Shown here: positions 87,248 through 100,671 of the stretch, piece after piece | Numbering within the stretch: the first letter of the stretch is position 1 | Layout of the letters: each line of letters starts with the position of its first letter | Notes under the pieces: model-generated | What the model was told of the DNA's origin: nothing | The model's input: the letters and a program-made list of their open reading frames with translations, nothing else | Databases searched by the model: none | NCBI RefSeq assembly: GCF_000400465.1 | Contig: NW_008806276.1 | Span: 20,001 to 144,000 of the forward strand | Source of the DNA: Wallemia ichthyophaga EXF-994 | Lineage: Eukaryota > Fungi > Basidiomycota | DNA: 124,000 nt | Direction of reading: 5' to 3' | Program-made: the position numbers and the translations under genes

Positions 87248-89128
87248 TTAGCCTACTTTAGCTTTCTTAGTGTGAGTAATGTCTGTGCGATCCTGCAAAT
87301 GCTCCTGCGAGCGCTTATCTCCTACATTCTTGCGCTCGTCTCCTGTATTTTCGTGCTTGTCTTCCACTTTTTCATCTTTCTCCCCTTGCTTCTCAATCTT
87401 GTCACCCCTTGCCGGCCTTGCCAATGGACCCCAGTTCGCCGGGTTGGCCTGATACCGTCTGATTTTCTCCTTGGAGTTGAACAGATCGACGACTTTCTGG
87501 TTATGGGTGAGATCAGCGTCGATGCTGTGAGTGTATCAGAGCAGATCACGCGCAAAAGCTCACCCTACCGCGGCTCCTTGGTGAGCAAGTGTCTTGTAGG
87601 CGAGCCCTCCTTGACGTTTTCCAGCTTGACGGGATGGGACAGCATCCACTTGCGCATCATGTCATGCACGGCGCTAACAGGTGCATCTGTCTTGATGGAC
87701 CCGGGGAGGGCGTGCGAGCGTGAGACGGCGTACCCCGCGTTAACGAGGCCGGACCTGTAAGGGGGTGAGACAATCAGTCCTTTCTAGCAAACCAAAATGT
87801 ACCCAACAGTCACCATAGAGGGCGCCGTCAGCTTCATAGCGCTCGCGACGCTGTCTGTGGTGAAGTAGAACGGCTCGTCGAGCTCGTCGTGCGCTGTGCT
87901 CACCATCCCCTTCATACGCGTAGCCGTACCGTAGGTGCCCTCCTGCGCCTGCGTGACGTGCTGCAAGAGGCGCTGCGTAAAGGCTTTGTTGTGCAGCTTG
88001 TCGATCCACATGGGGCCGTTAGTGTGACAGTGCGCGTGACACTCGCTGCATCGCCCACTCGCATCCACACCCGAGCCTACACCCACGCTCTGCGCTGCCT
88101 GGAACTTGCTCGAGACATTTCCCTTCCCGCTCACTTTCTCCACTACCCTCCCAAAAGGCTGGATGGTGTGCGCGCGGCAGAAAGAGCAAACATGCACACT
88201 CCCCGTTTTACTAAACGCCTTTTTGGTCTCGGCAGAGCCGTCGTGGATGCGCACCCACATGCGCACATAAAAGTCGATGGAGAGCGACATCATGGGCTCG
88301 ATGTAGCGCCCGTACCGCGATGCCGACTGGGAGATGGAGTTGAGGATGAGACGGAGTGCCTGCGAGTGTGTGAGTGTGAGTTTGAGTGAGCATCCCACCA
88401 CCATGCGCCTCACTCACCGCCTCGTGGGTGTACTCGGCGCGTACAGGCGTGCCGCCGTAGTTGGAGAAACACTTCTCCGGGTAGTTGGTGCCGGCCATGA
88501 CGGCAGTGTCGGTGCAGGTGATGCAGAGAAGACCCCCACTGCTAAGCGACTGCACAGCTGCATCAATGAACGGGGCTGCTGTACCGTATGGATCCAGGTC
88601 AATGACGTCGAATTGCGCCTTGCTGCGGTGCTGGTACATGAGCGCACTCGCATCGCCTTCCGTCACGTTTACCCGCCCTTGTAGCTGGTTGTACGCGACG
88701 TTTTGGCGGATGGCAGCGACGGCGTCGGGAGAAAAGTCGTTAGCGTAGATGCGGTTGGCGTTGGGGATCTCTTTGGCGTATCGGATGGCTCGCAAGCCGG
88801 TAGCTGAGAGAGCGTCGAGAATGCTGAAATTGTGCACCCAGTCTGGGTTTTCGATAGGCTCTCTCCGCTTTCCGGTGCTGTTACCGGTACTGTTACGGTT
88901 GCTGTTCTTCTCCAGCCTCTGCTTGAACTTGGCAGACTTCTCGTCGCGAACGATCTCGGACCAAACTTTGATAGCGGCTACAGACAGGTCCCTATTAAAC
89001 TCCTGTATGGGATTAATGAATGCCTTGTTGTCGCTCTTCTCGGTAATTGGGATCAGTATTTGGGCTGTATTTTCGCTTGTGAGTTTGTGATTTTCAGGAA
89101 GAGCGGGTTGAGTGGGAGTTGTGGACAT
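87248..89128 (-). CDS. TRM1: tRNA (guanine26-N2,N2)-dimethyltransferase
   Basis: FINPIQEFNRDLS, ILDALSATGLRAIRYAKE, FDVIDLDPYGT, GGLLCITCTD, SLSIDFYVR, NGPMW, NWGP. Confidence 0.95.
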
Positions 89129-89247
89129 TATACGGGCTTTACTGATAGACCTATTTACACAGCAGCTGCTCCTACTCAGCATGCACTACTTGGTAGCGAG
89201 AAGACAACGAGGACACGATAGAAACTAAAAAAATCAACAAATCTATT

Positions 89248-90280
89248 CTAATACAACCCTTCCAAGTAATCCGCGCTCTTCTTTGTGCCAGCGAATGGTC
89301 TTTCTTGTACTTTTTCGTTTGGTTTGGGGTTAGGTGTGAGGTATGGTGCGATAACGTCGTCAAATGAGGGCAATTGCTCTTTCTTCTTCTCCACACCCTT
89401 CTTAGCAGCTCCCTTAGACAAGCCAGCTGTGATTATGCTACGGATCGAAACATAGTCGAGTGGCTTGTCATCTTTGCTATCTTTCTTACCATCCTTCTTC
89501 TCAGACAGGCCTTCAAATGGCTTGAATTCAGCAGCTTCCTTGGCCTGCTTGTCGGCAACCTGCTTCATTGAGCCGCGTGGGTTGTCAATCTTACCCAAAT
89601 GAGACAGAATATCACCACGCGTAAGCATACCGTGTCTGCCGGTGCCCTGGATAGCGCTTGGGTCTGATATACCATTGTCGATCAAGAGACGTGAGACAGA
89701 AGGGAATAATGGTTTGGTGGATTCTACGTGGGTGTCTTTAGGTGTAGGTTCGGGTGTGCTTTGTGCCGGTTCTGGGGTTGGTTGTGGTGTTGAGTCTTGC
89801 TTTGCACCTTCTGACTCTCCCTGAGAACTTTTTGCACTCTCTGCCACGGCGTCCGCGGCTGAGATATCATCGCCTTCCTCACCGAGCACAGCGATCGGAG
89901 CACCAACAGGAATACCTTTTGCGCCGTCGTTGAGAATGATCTTTGCGAGAACCCCGTCATCCTGGGCTTCGACGTCGATGGTGGCCTTATCAGTTTCGAT
90001 TTCCAACAAAACGTCGCCTGCGCTGAATTTGTCGCCTGCTTTAATCTTCCAACCAGCGATACCACCTTCAGTCATAGTAGGAGACATACTGAGAAATGCT
90101 GTTAAATTGGCATATAGACTATAGTTGCTTCCTCACGCTGGAAAATCGAATTTGTTGAGTACATTCGTACATCTAGTAGTGCTTAGTGACCGAGTGAGCG
90201 TGGCTTGGGAAACGTGCTTAGAAATATCAAATTGATTAGTATTACCACTTACTGCCCCTCCTCAGCGCCATTCTCGTCAT
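89248..90280 (-). CDS. PDX1: Pyruvate dehydrogenase complex protein X component (lipoyl + E3-binding domains)
   Basis: FDFPAMSPTMTEGGI..EIETDKATIDVEAQDDG, LFPSVSRLL..GTGRHGMLTRGDIL. No acetyltransferase core. Confidence 0.88.
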
Positions 90281-90461
90281 TGGAATCATAATCATCGTCA
90301 GAGTGTAAGATGCAAGAAGGTTATCTGGGACTTTATTGAAAATTAGTATATTTCATATTTAAATAGTAGATATTATTACAGTTAATACCTTCAAACCCCT
90401 TCAACACCCCGTCAAGACAAGAAAATACATGGTATGAAACTTATTATAGAAATGCTCTTAT

Positions 90462-91420
90462 CTAATTAAGGTACTTCCTGATAATATCAACTACGTTTAA
90501 TGCACGCTTGAGAAAGTTTCCTGGACGCGTTCTATCTGGCTCATCAGAAAAACCTTTGACATCATTATGATCTATCTCGCAGATAAGTTCCTTCGTGAGC
90601 CAGAAAGGAACACTGCGATACTCGTATGGCTTTTGGAGAAACACTCTTGCTCCTCCAACTGGCAGATGGACCTTTCTACAACAGACATGGCTATACTAGC
90701 CCTGTATACTGACTTTGTGCACTTTAATTCACGCCAATATCCCTAAACAATCTTGTCATTGTGATTGGAATGCTTTTGTAGATGTCAATCATATCTTCTC
90801 TCGTCTGAAATTTATCAACAAGCTCCGAGGAAAAAAAGTAATCACCCACCAGTGAGATTAGCGAGATGTCTATTTTTTCAGTAGGTCTGATCCCAAGGAG
90901 TCTCGGCTCATCTAAAACATACGGACAAACGCCGAGCTTTTCGACAATCGCGTACAACATCTTCTTAATACTCATTTTCCTTCTCGCGCTGTTCCTCATC
91001 GAGAATCCCGAAATCCTCTCTTGTCAATTCTTCGCGTGTACTTCTCACTATTTTCCACTTGCACATCTCGATTGCGAGCTCCAAATGCATCGAATCCTTC
91101 ATCCCACAATAGACTTTCTAGTCGATTGACGAGAACCGGAATGACTGCAGCTGATCGATTGCGGATTTTGAAAATGAATTCTTTCTTTGATCAATACTCG
91201 CGACAATTGGTGGCTTTGAGAAAGTCTTTCAACGTAAACAGTAAATCTGCATTCCCATTAGACGCGTAGATGTAATAATCATTGGATGCTATAACGACGA
91301 CGGGCTTTGTAGTATCTACGTTGAGTCTTGTAACATCACGGCGCAGGCTATTGCGATGCCATCTGGCCGTTGGTGCGTCGGCCGGAAAATTGGACTTTAG
91401 TGTGCGAGTTATCCTCAGTC
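90462..91420 (-). pseudogene. Orphan tandem family copy A (pseudogene)
   Basis: IASNDYYIYASNGNADLLFTLKDF..EY*, VLDEPRLLG, GVN*, GNFLKRALNVVDIIRK. In-frame stops. Confidence 0.7.
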
Positions 91421-91671
91421 ATATTGCCTAGAGTGGGGTTTTGATGGTCAGCTGATTGGGTTGGAATGTGGGGTGTGAGGATGTAAGAAATCGAGAGAAA
91501 AAATAATCTGGACGAGTGAGTAGTTGGTCAGGAAAGCGGTTATCAATTAAGCTCCCATGACTATCATCCTTCCTTAGAACTCCTCAGAAGAGATAGAAAT
91601 ATTAAATCATAAATCCAAGACAAATACAAGAAAAAGCAAGGTATAAAGCTTCAAACTGGATATACTCTCAT

Positions 91672-92663
91672 TTAGCTCAATTTCTTCCTAATATTCTCCA
91701 CCACGTTCACAGTTCGCTTCAGAAAAGTACCAGGATAGCAGTCACTGGGGTAGTAATTGTCTGGCTTCTCAGAGATACCATTCACGTCGTGATGCGCATG
91801 CTTGCAGTAGAACTCCCTCGACATCGCAATTGGGATTTGTTCTTCTTTGGATAACATCGGAGGAAACGCCGTCGTCTGTCGGACTGGCTGCTCTGCTTTT
91901 CCACCACAAACATAGCAAATACTGGTTGCACATTTAGACTGAATGCTCTTCGCATTCACACCCATCCCCTCAAACACCGCACTAATACTGATTGGATGAG
92001 ATCTGGGGAAATTTGGAAGATTTTCTTCGTCCTGTTTTCGTAAAGTAAGTAAGAGTCACTAAGGTTAGTCTTACCCACAAGCAATAGGCATAAAGAGATA
92101 TTCGGATACTCTGTATACCTAAACCCGAATGGTCTTAGTTCGTCTAAAACAATCGTACAATCACGACCAAATTTTTCGATGATTGTACGCACTATTTTCC
92201 TCATCATTGCATCCTCTTTCCTGTTTTGCTCATTTTCCAGAGCCAACACCTCCTTTTCCATCAATTCCTCACGTGCACCGTCCGGCAAATAATGTGATCT
92301 GGGACTCCAGAAGGAAGTATTCTTTTCTTTTTCATATAGTGATAGTGCTAAGGAGGTGTCTAGCCACTCGAGTCTATGATCAGGAAGTAAAAGCTTCTTT
92401 TTCTCGCAGTAATCGTGGCGTTCTGTTGCCTCATCAAAGTCTTCCAACGTGAAGAGTAGGGAGTCGTTACCATCAGATGCGTATATTTCCTTATCGTTAG
92501 ATGCTATCATGAGTATATGCCTTGTATTGTCAATTTTGAGTTTCATCACTTCGTCTTTCAAATCATCATTAAGCTTCCTGGCTGACTGTAGGTTGACTGT
92601 ATCTGGGAGAATGTAGATGAATTTGAAATCTGAATTCAAGGCTTTGAATCTGAGGAGCGGCAT
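91672..92663 (-). CDS. Orphan tandem family copy B (apparently intact, ~314 aa)
   Basis: ORFs 91956-92663 and 91672-91977 are joined in frame by a 47-nt GTGGGT..CAG intron whose position is shared with copies A and C. Confidence 0.65.
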
Positions 92664-92879
92664 TGGGCTGAAAGATAATGGCTGTCAAGTGATGAGAAAT
92701 ACAAGTGAGACAATCAGGAGTTACACATGACTTTGAATAAACTGATGAGAATCTGGCTCCTTGGGAGAAAACATGTAGCAACAAAGACAGCAGAATCAAC
92801 AAATTCATCACATTAATTATTATATTACTCACACATCAAACATTTTCAGGAGTGTGAAAATTTCAATTCATATTTGTAA

Positions 92880-93870
92880 GACAAAATGCAAGGAATGAAG
92901 CTTGGTGCGGGATACAAATATTCTTGTTTCAGGTGGCTCTTAATTTTATCCATTACATTGACTGCGCGCCTGAAATAGGTACGCGGGAGGGGTCTGACTG
93001 GTTCATCAGAGATGCAGTCGACATCGTAATGGTCTTTCTGGCAGTAGACCTCCTTGGTAAGCCAGAGTGATAATCTCTGTGCTCGATTGATTTTAGGTGA
93101 AAGTATCTTACTGGTTACGCTGGTGTTTTGACCTTCTCAGCATACACGTGGCAGAGACTAGCAGCAGCTAAGGAAATGGTGCAATTTATCTCGACGCCCA
93201 TATCCTGGAACACACCCTTATTGTGATAGGAGGGGTTTTGGATACGTCTCGAAGATCTTCTGTCTGTTTGAGAACGTCAACAGTACATTGTACTAGAGGA
93301 CGCCTGCCACGTTTGATAGGAAGAATATGTTGAGATATTCAGTAGTCCTCCTACGGAATGGTCTCAGCTCATCTAAAATGATCATGCAAGGGCCAAGCTT
93401 GTCAACAATTTCGTCCGCTATTTTCCTTACCTCTACCTTTTTCTTATGGACCTGCTCCCTCTCAAGAATTAAAGCCTCGTCCTTCGTTATTTCGCCGCGC
93501 ACACTACTCACAATTTCGCCTTGCCAACTTGAAGTGCAAGAGCTGAAATTCTCTTGTCTCTTTTCCTGACATTCTTCTATAAACTGATGAGATGGAAAGG
93601 GGAAACAATCTAGCTTGTCGAGTGTGGATTTCGATAATAAGAACTCCTTTTTTCTATAATATTCCGGACGACCAGTAGCTTTGTCAAAGTCCTTCAACGT
93701 AAACAATAACTTTATATTCCCATTAGACGCGTAGATTTCATAATCATTGGATGCTATAGCGACGACGGGCTTTGTGCTGTCTACTTTGAGTCTTGTAACA
93801 TCACGGCGCAGGTTTTTGCGATGCCATCTGGCCGTTGGTGCGTCGCCGGCTCAGGATTGAAATACAACAC
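92880..93870 (-). pseudogene. Orphan tandem family copy C (frameshifted)
   Basis: IASNDYEIYASNGNIKLLFTLKDFDKAT, IILDELRPF, VFQDMGV. Frameshifts after the intron. Confidence 0.7.
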
Positions 93871-94057
93871 TGCGTGGGAATTTTGGGGAACATTGGAATA
93901 GAGGTGGAGGTGGTTGACTGATAGGGCCGAATGTGGGGTGTGGGGGAGGCTTAAGAAATTAGTAAAATAATGGAAGTAGATTGAAGATGTTTCAACAGTA
94001 AAATAAATACATTTCAAACACTGTAGCAGCAAAAGGATAGCAAGTCGAGTAAGCAAA

Positions 94058-94309
94058 TTAGAGGAAATCATTTATAATATTCTCAGTAACCACGAAAGTG
94101 CGGTGAAAGTATGTTCCGCTGGTACCACAGAATATTTCCCACTTTCTAAGGACAGCGAGTGAGTGAATGTTGCTGCAGTGGAGGTCATTGTAACATCGAT
94201 TCTCTTCGCTAGCAAAACACAGTGGCACTTGCACTCTATTCCCGCGCATGGGACAGAAACTAGCTGATGCTCTGGTATCACTCGTCTTCACCTCGACACC
94301 CTTCTCCAT
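94058..94309 (-). pseudogene. Orphan tandem family copy D (second-exon fragment)
   Basis: KGVEV..ASFC..TYFHRTFVVTENI aligns with MGVNA..TSIC..GTFLKRTVNVVENI of copy B. Confidence 0.5.
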
Positions 94310-96346
94310 GAGGGCATCTTTGATAGTATAAGATGGGATCTGGCTTGAGTTAGTGGGGTTGCTTTATTAGCTATTGAAATACCTCTTTTAACACCAACAC
94401 ATCGAGATACCCATCTAAGCGAACACCAAACTCACATTGAACATCAAAAACAACAACACCCCTGCCAAACACACTGTCAATTTCGTCTGCCAACTTCCTA
94501 AACTCCTTTTTCTCCTTGTCCGTCTGTTCAACTTCAAGGAGATTGATAAAAGGCTGTGCGAGGTCGTGTTTGGTTCTTTCATCACAACAAGCCGCCAGGC
94601 TTCATTTTGTGACTGCAGATCAGCGTGCTGATCATTTGCGTGAAAATTGCGCGGGGATTTGCTGTATGAGTCGAGGCATGCGAGCGTGTAGTCGCAGAGT
94701 TGTAGCTTCTTGTTTGATCGGAAGCATTTGCGATCTACTGCCTCATCGAACTCTGTAATAGTGATTCTAGGCGAGATATTGCCGCTTATGGCAAAGAACG
94801 AGACTTTGCACGTGTTAATTATTGCGCATAGGGCAGCGCCGTCCAGCTTTAGATTTAGCTCTTCAATGTGTGCCTTTTTTCATCGGCAAGCTCTGCTGCT
94901 TGGATCTTTTTGCCGGCGTGGGGGTTCCAGATAGAGAAATACTACATTGTGGTTGTGTAGTTCTACAAATGAAGAGATTTTTGCGGACATTGCGTGTGTT
95001 GCTGATCTGTGTGGAAATTCGGGACGATCGTGGGAGAGCGAGTGGCTTCAAAGTTTGCAGCTGAGTGAGTTTACTGGGATTTTATATTGATGTGAGTTGT
95101 TAAATTGGATTCTTTTTTATCTGCCACAATATCTCATCGTATCGTTGAGTTTTAGCGTGGTCGATGTAGTGTGTGCGGTATTTGTGTTCAGGCTGGCGTT
95201 AGAAAATAGGTAAGAACGTGTCATTTATACTTTGTTATTATTCTTATTTCAAGGGTATTGTGGGTCGACTGAGCCACCGGTGCATCTTATACATCTCTGC
95301 GACACCACCCTAATACGTGCAAGACACTGATAAGTGGCTGGAGATTCAAATCAGCTCCATAATCAACTATTTTAACCACTCACATTTTATTATATGCAGC
95401 AATACCGTGATAATTGCGTGATTCCAGTGATGAGATGGTGTCTTACTGAGTGAGATTCCAGGATCCACTATCAAATAGAGTAACGACATGTTAGATAGCG
95501 CAACCTTTGAAACTACCACGTCCACTACAATTACCACTTCAAAGTACCTTCACAGCTGTGTAGCTGTAGCCGTCGACTACGACCTGACTGCAAGGCACAG
95601 CTAGATGCGAGATAGATGTATCCGATAAGTCTAAAAGGGGTGCAAGATGTATCCTCAACGCATTTATTTATGTTCAGGGCGGAAAATTTAGCGAAGAATT
95701 TCCTCCGAGATACAATGGGCTATTAAAATTGACTTGAAAGAGAATAAGACGGTGATAGAAGCAATTTCAGGCTATTTGGCTGGTTTAGACAGCAAATCCG
95801 ACTGCTTCCGTTTCAGATTTTGACATGAAGACTACAATTTGAGAAAAGGAAGACATGTCAGATCTGTGACAGATATCCCAATTACAGCTAAAGCAGTCCC
95901 CTTAACCTAATCAGTCCCTTTATAATCATCTTCCGCCTCTATTTCAACCTCTCACCACGACCGCATCAGACATCAACGGCACTGGCGTTGTGACAGATTC
96001 CACTCGCAAAGCACAGACCTTCTTTACATGCACCACATCGGTAAGGTCCCGTCTTAACGAGCGCCCAGACACCCGAAATGGAAATGCGAGTACTGTGTCA
96101 GTCGTCAGTTACTTCGGTGTGAAGGTATGGTATGGCATTAAACGTCAGGATTCTGAATAAATGCTCACAACCGATCCATTGATCTAACAATATAATGCAC
96201 ATTTCCTTTTTTGTCTACCGCTAATCTCAAACCTCGGAAGATTTGACAGAACCATGACGGTACTCATATAGTGGAATTGGATGTGCCTAGGACAAGTCAG
96301 ATTTAAACCACCAACTCGATATAATCCTCTTTAAGTTAAATCCACC

Positions 96347-97637
96347 ATGTCTGCAGAATTCGCAAAGTTGATTACTAGAGCTGGAGAAGAAGCATGTGAG
96401 TGATCATGTAAAGGAGTGTGTAGTGATTGACAGTATTTGCAGCTGTAAATTGCGGTAGCAAATACCATGACAATTCATTACAAGGGTGAGTCGTAATCCT
96501 CCTCTCAGCGTACCTCCCTCACAAATCGCAGTCTTCGCATTGGTGCAATCTTCATCGTAATGGCTACGTCAGCCTTAGGCACACTCCTTCCAATCGTAAC
96601 CGGTAGAGTAAAAGGGCTGGGATTGCCCAAGATATTCTACGATACAATTAAGGTGTGTGTGGTTTTCTGTTTTCTTATGATGTCACCGCTCACCAGCCAT
96701 AGTACTTTGGCTCTGGGGTTATTGTTGCGACTGCTTTCATTCACTTGCTCGCTGAAGCCTTTGAGAAACTCACCGATCAGGAGTGTTTGAGTGGTGCTTG
96801 GAATGATTACAATTGGGCACCAGCTCTCGCGGAAGCTGCAGTATTTGTTAGTGGAAAGTAAGCCGTTAAAAGGTCTTTACTAACCTCTAACAGTTTATCT
96901 TCTTTGCTGAATTGTGGGCTTCAAGACTCGGAAACAAGTACCTCGAAAGACGCGGGATGAACTACGACAATCACGGCCATGACAATGTTGGTGGTATAGC
97001 AGGATCTCATGGTGCAGAAACCTACACACACACCTCTGATTCTCACCCACAAGTCCATGACGCTCCAGCTACCACTATGGCTGATCAGAAATCAACTGAG
97101 ACAAACGACGTGGAGAGCGTCCACTCGATGGGCAGTTTCGGATACAACACCATGTCAATGATTACTGGTGTAGCCATTCTCGAGTTCGGTGTTTTGTTCC
97201 ACTCTGCCATCCTTGGTCTTACACTCGCAACCTCGTCATCGGATGAGTTCAGGGTGCTGCTCATCGTCATTGTGTTTCATCAAATGTTTGAAGGATTAGG
97301 ATTGGGCGCTAGACTTGCGGAGCTGCCTGTGAGGCAGACTTGGATTCCGTACACTGGAGCCACCTGCTATTTCCTCATCACGCCTATCTTTGTCGCTATT
97401 GGTTTGGGTGTTAGAGAGACGTACAATTCTGGATCTACTGCGGCTCTCATCACCACTGGTCTCCTGAACTCTATTTCTGCTGGTATTTTGCTCTACACCG
97501 GTCTGGTAGAATTGCTGGCGCACGACTTTATCTTTAGCTCGCATATGAAGAAGGCGTCCGACATGTATGTCCTGTATGCTGGCTTCTGCGTACTCCTCGG
97601 AGCTGGCCTGATGAGTTTGCTCGGTAACTGGGCGTAG
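96347..97637 (+). CDS. ZIP-family zinc/iron permease (Zrt-like)
   Basis: GLRIGAIFIVMATS, YFGSGVIVATAFIHLL, ILEFGVLFHSAILGL, FHQMFEGLGLGARL, ILLYTGLVELLAHDF. Five exons. Confidence 0.93.
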
Positions 97638-98022
97638 ATACGTTCCTGATACCAACGCCCTCACCCCTTATAGAATTGGAATGGTTATGATAGCCTACTT
97701 TACACTTTTTACACTTTTTAGGATTTACGCGACTTTCTCTAGTCTATCTTGTACACTTAGTTAATACATGGATCAATTGTGCAAATTTTCATGTCAACCT
97801 GGTTTAAAGTGTTCAGTCAGAGTTTACCAAGTAACGTAACGTAAGATGATATTTAACACTGCTCTTACTCTACTCAGCGGTATACGTGTTATACCACCCT
97901 CACACAGGGCACAATCATCGACACGGACACAACAGGCAACGCACGGAATGATTGAAAACATAATCAATTGCTTGGGTTGGCGTACAAGAAGAGTACGAAA
98001 GGCGTAAGAAAGATGCACATAA

Positions 98023-98543
98023 TTAACCGCCCTTCTTCTTGGAGACACCGACAGTCTTTCCTCTACGACCGGTGGTCTTGGTGTGCTGACCGCGAACACG
98101 GATACCCCAGAAGTGTCTGAGACCTCTGTGGGCACGGATCTTCTTGAGACGCTCAAGGTCATCACGCAACTTGGAGTCGACTTGGTTAGAAACGACTTGG
98201 TGGTTCTTACCGTCGCTGACGTCCTTGCGACGGTTAAGAAGCCAAGCAGGGATCTTGAAAGCGGTTGGGTTCTGCAAGATGCTGACGATTCTCTCAAGCT
98301 CATCAGAGTTGAGCTCACCGGCGCGCTTGAAGAGGTCGACATCAGCCTTCTTGATGACGACGTTGGCGTAGCGTGGACCAACACCCTTGATTTCGGTCAT
98401 TGCGTACTGGATCTTTCTCTTACCGTCAACGTTTGTGTTGAGGAGACGCAAGATATGCTGGAACTGCATATGCGGCTCTGGGGCTACGAGGCTGGCCTGT
98501 AAATTCTTAGCAAAGCCTTTTAATATTTGAGATTTCTTACCAT
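98023..98543 (-). CDS. RPS18: 40S ribosomal protein uS13 (S18)
   Basis: First exon is ATG only. [43 protein letters not shown]. Confidence 0.97.
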
Positions 98544-99342
98544 TTTTGATCTTGTACGTTGACTCGAAGGATTATTTTTTGAAATCTTCTTCCTTCAGGC
98601 GAGCGAGGCTGGCTTAAATTTTTTAATTCGACCAAGCTTCTTGGAGAAGAACGATGAGGATGGCGGTGAGTGGTAGGTCTGTGCTTGGTGTTTGCTTGGT
98701 GTTTGCTTGATTTCTTGTAGTCACCCAGCAGCATCAGTAGCAGCGCGATAACTACCACCACCTCCACCACCTCCAAACATTATGTAAGTCCCCGCTCACT
98801 CCACACACGCCATCCACATGATCGAAAAGCCCACGGTTATTAGGGCTCTCTACTGGCACCTCTTATTTTAAGGTGGACACACGCACCGTCTTCCCGTAAG
98901 CTCAGCCGGCAGCTGTGTTCATCTGATGATTTGAATTTCATAACTGAATCTCGATGGCTGTGTGCAATGTTGTTTGTTGCATTTTAGCTGACGTTGTTAC
99001 AGGTCTTTGTGAATATTTTCACTTTTATAACTTTGTTTACTTTATATATACAGTTTCATACGCCTATTTTTAATATTTTTGCCTACGCTCACATTTACTC
99101 TCCCAAGCAGCCCCCATCACCCAAAACATTCGGTAAAAAGCATTTATTAGCGAATAAGCGAATCGGCGTAGTGATAAAAGAAAAAAAGAAAAAACTCCAG
99201 AAATTGAGAGGAAGAGGTACTTGAAAGGTAAAGTGGGTATAGAAATTCCTTAAATAATGCATCTTGTGCGAGTGAGAATTTTCCTTCTAAAGAGTGTGTG
99301 TGTGTAGAGAGAGATAGAGAGTAGAGATTGACAGTATAGAAA

Positions 99343-100456
99343 TTACTTGTTGGCCTTTCTCAAACTAAACGACCTTACGAGTTCGTCTAATGGGGAGGCG
99401 ACAGAGTGTCTATTAGTATTATTAGATTGTCCATTATTAGGTGGTGGTGGTGGTGCGAGTATATCGTGGCTACTCCTCGATTGCTGTTCCCATGCCCCGA
99501 ATGAGTGTTCCGAATGTGGGCGGAACATGGATCTATCGCTGTTGGACCGAGCGAGGAGAGAGTCGCGTCGGGAGTGAGAGTGGGAAGAGGGTGTAAAAGA
99601 GCGTCTGCTTGAGGCTGCTGCGATGGCGCCTGCACCTGCTGCACCTGCTGCTCCTGCGCCTACGCCGAGCATGTTAGAGTTGTTTGTGGTGTTACCTGCA
99701 GCAGCACCATCTGTAGCTGCACCATTTGTAGCATCACCATCTGTAGCTACACCACCACCACCAGCACTCCCACCACTCGCCAACGCCGCCTCTTGGGCTT
99801 GTTTACCACTCAAGGCACGCTGCTTGTTGCGCTTGCGAGTGAGGAGGAAGAGTAGGAGGCCGAGGAGTGCGAGTGCGCCGACGATAGAACCGACAATAGG
99901 ACCAGCAATCCACGCTCTGTCGTTGCTGCTGTCCGAGTCGCTGAGAGTCGCGGATGGAGAGGCTGTACGAGAGGTTAAGGGGTGTTTCGTGGGACAGTGC
100001 GCTGAGCTTACCGGAGAAGAGGGAAGAGGAAGAGGAGAGGGAGGAGAGGGATGACTGTAATGACTGTGATGATTGTAGAGAATGCGTAGACTGCGATGAC
100101 TGCGATGACTGCGACGAATCCAATGACTGTGAGCTGATAGAACTCTGTGTGCTCTGAGAACTAACGCTGCTAACGCTGCTAACACTGCTAACACTACTAG
100201 CGCTACTAGCACTGCTAACACCGCTCTGTATCGATAAGCTGCTGACGCCCCCACCAATCATCGTAGTTCTACCGTCCGTCGCTGCATCTGGAGAAGCGAA
100301 AGTAGGTGCTGGGCTCTGAGTACTTAAGATGATTGTTCCGGTGCCGTCGCCGCCAGCACCATCGTCACCACCATCAAACCACAAATCCCTCTTATTCGTA
100401 CGCATCAAACGCCTCGGGTTCCTCGTCAGTGAGGGTATAGAATGTGCATCTGACAT
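99343..100456 (-). CDS. Ser-rich single-pass membrane protein (Mid2/Wsc sensor-like architecture)
   Basis: S/Q-rich ectodomain. A GTAAGC..CAG intron joins it in frame to TM WIAGPIVGSIVGALALLGLLLFLL-TRKR. No clear signal peptide. Confidence 0.65.
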
Positions 100457-100671
100457 GGTAATTGATAGCCGTGTCTAATTATTATTTGTTATTAAAATGA
100501 GCGTGATTTGCTGTTTTCTATTTATCTTCCTCTTGGTTCTGAATCAGATGCACCTAGCAGTCGTCGATTCGCTAAAAATTATTTTGTAAATTATTTTCTA
100601 TTTTATACAGCGCGCATTATCAACACTCATTACTCAGCTCACTACACTACACTCCCTCCCTTAACCCACCT

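Noticed and set aside
94437-95064. Overlapping short ORFs after the orphan array
   Set aside because: Mutually overlapping, with no recognisable family or supported splice model.
95100-96346. Zinc-responsive elements upstream of the ZIP gene
   Set aside because: The region is long and plausibly regulatory, but I found no convincing ACCTTNAAGGT-type match.
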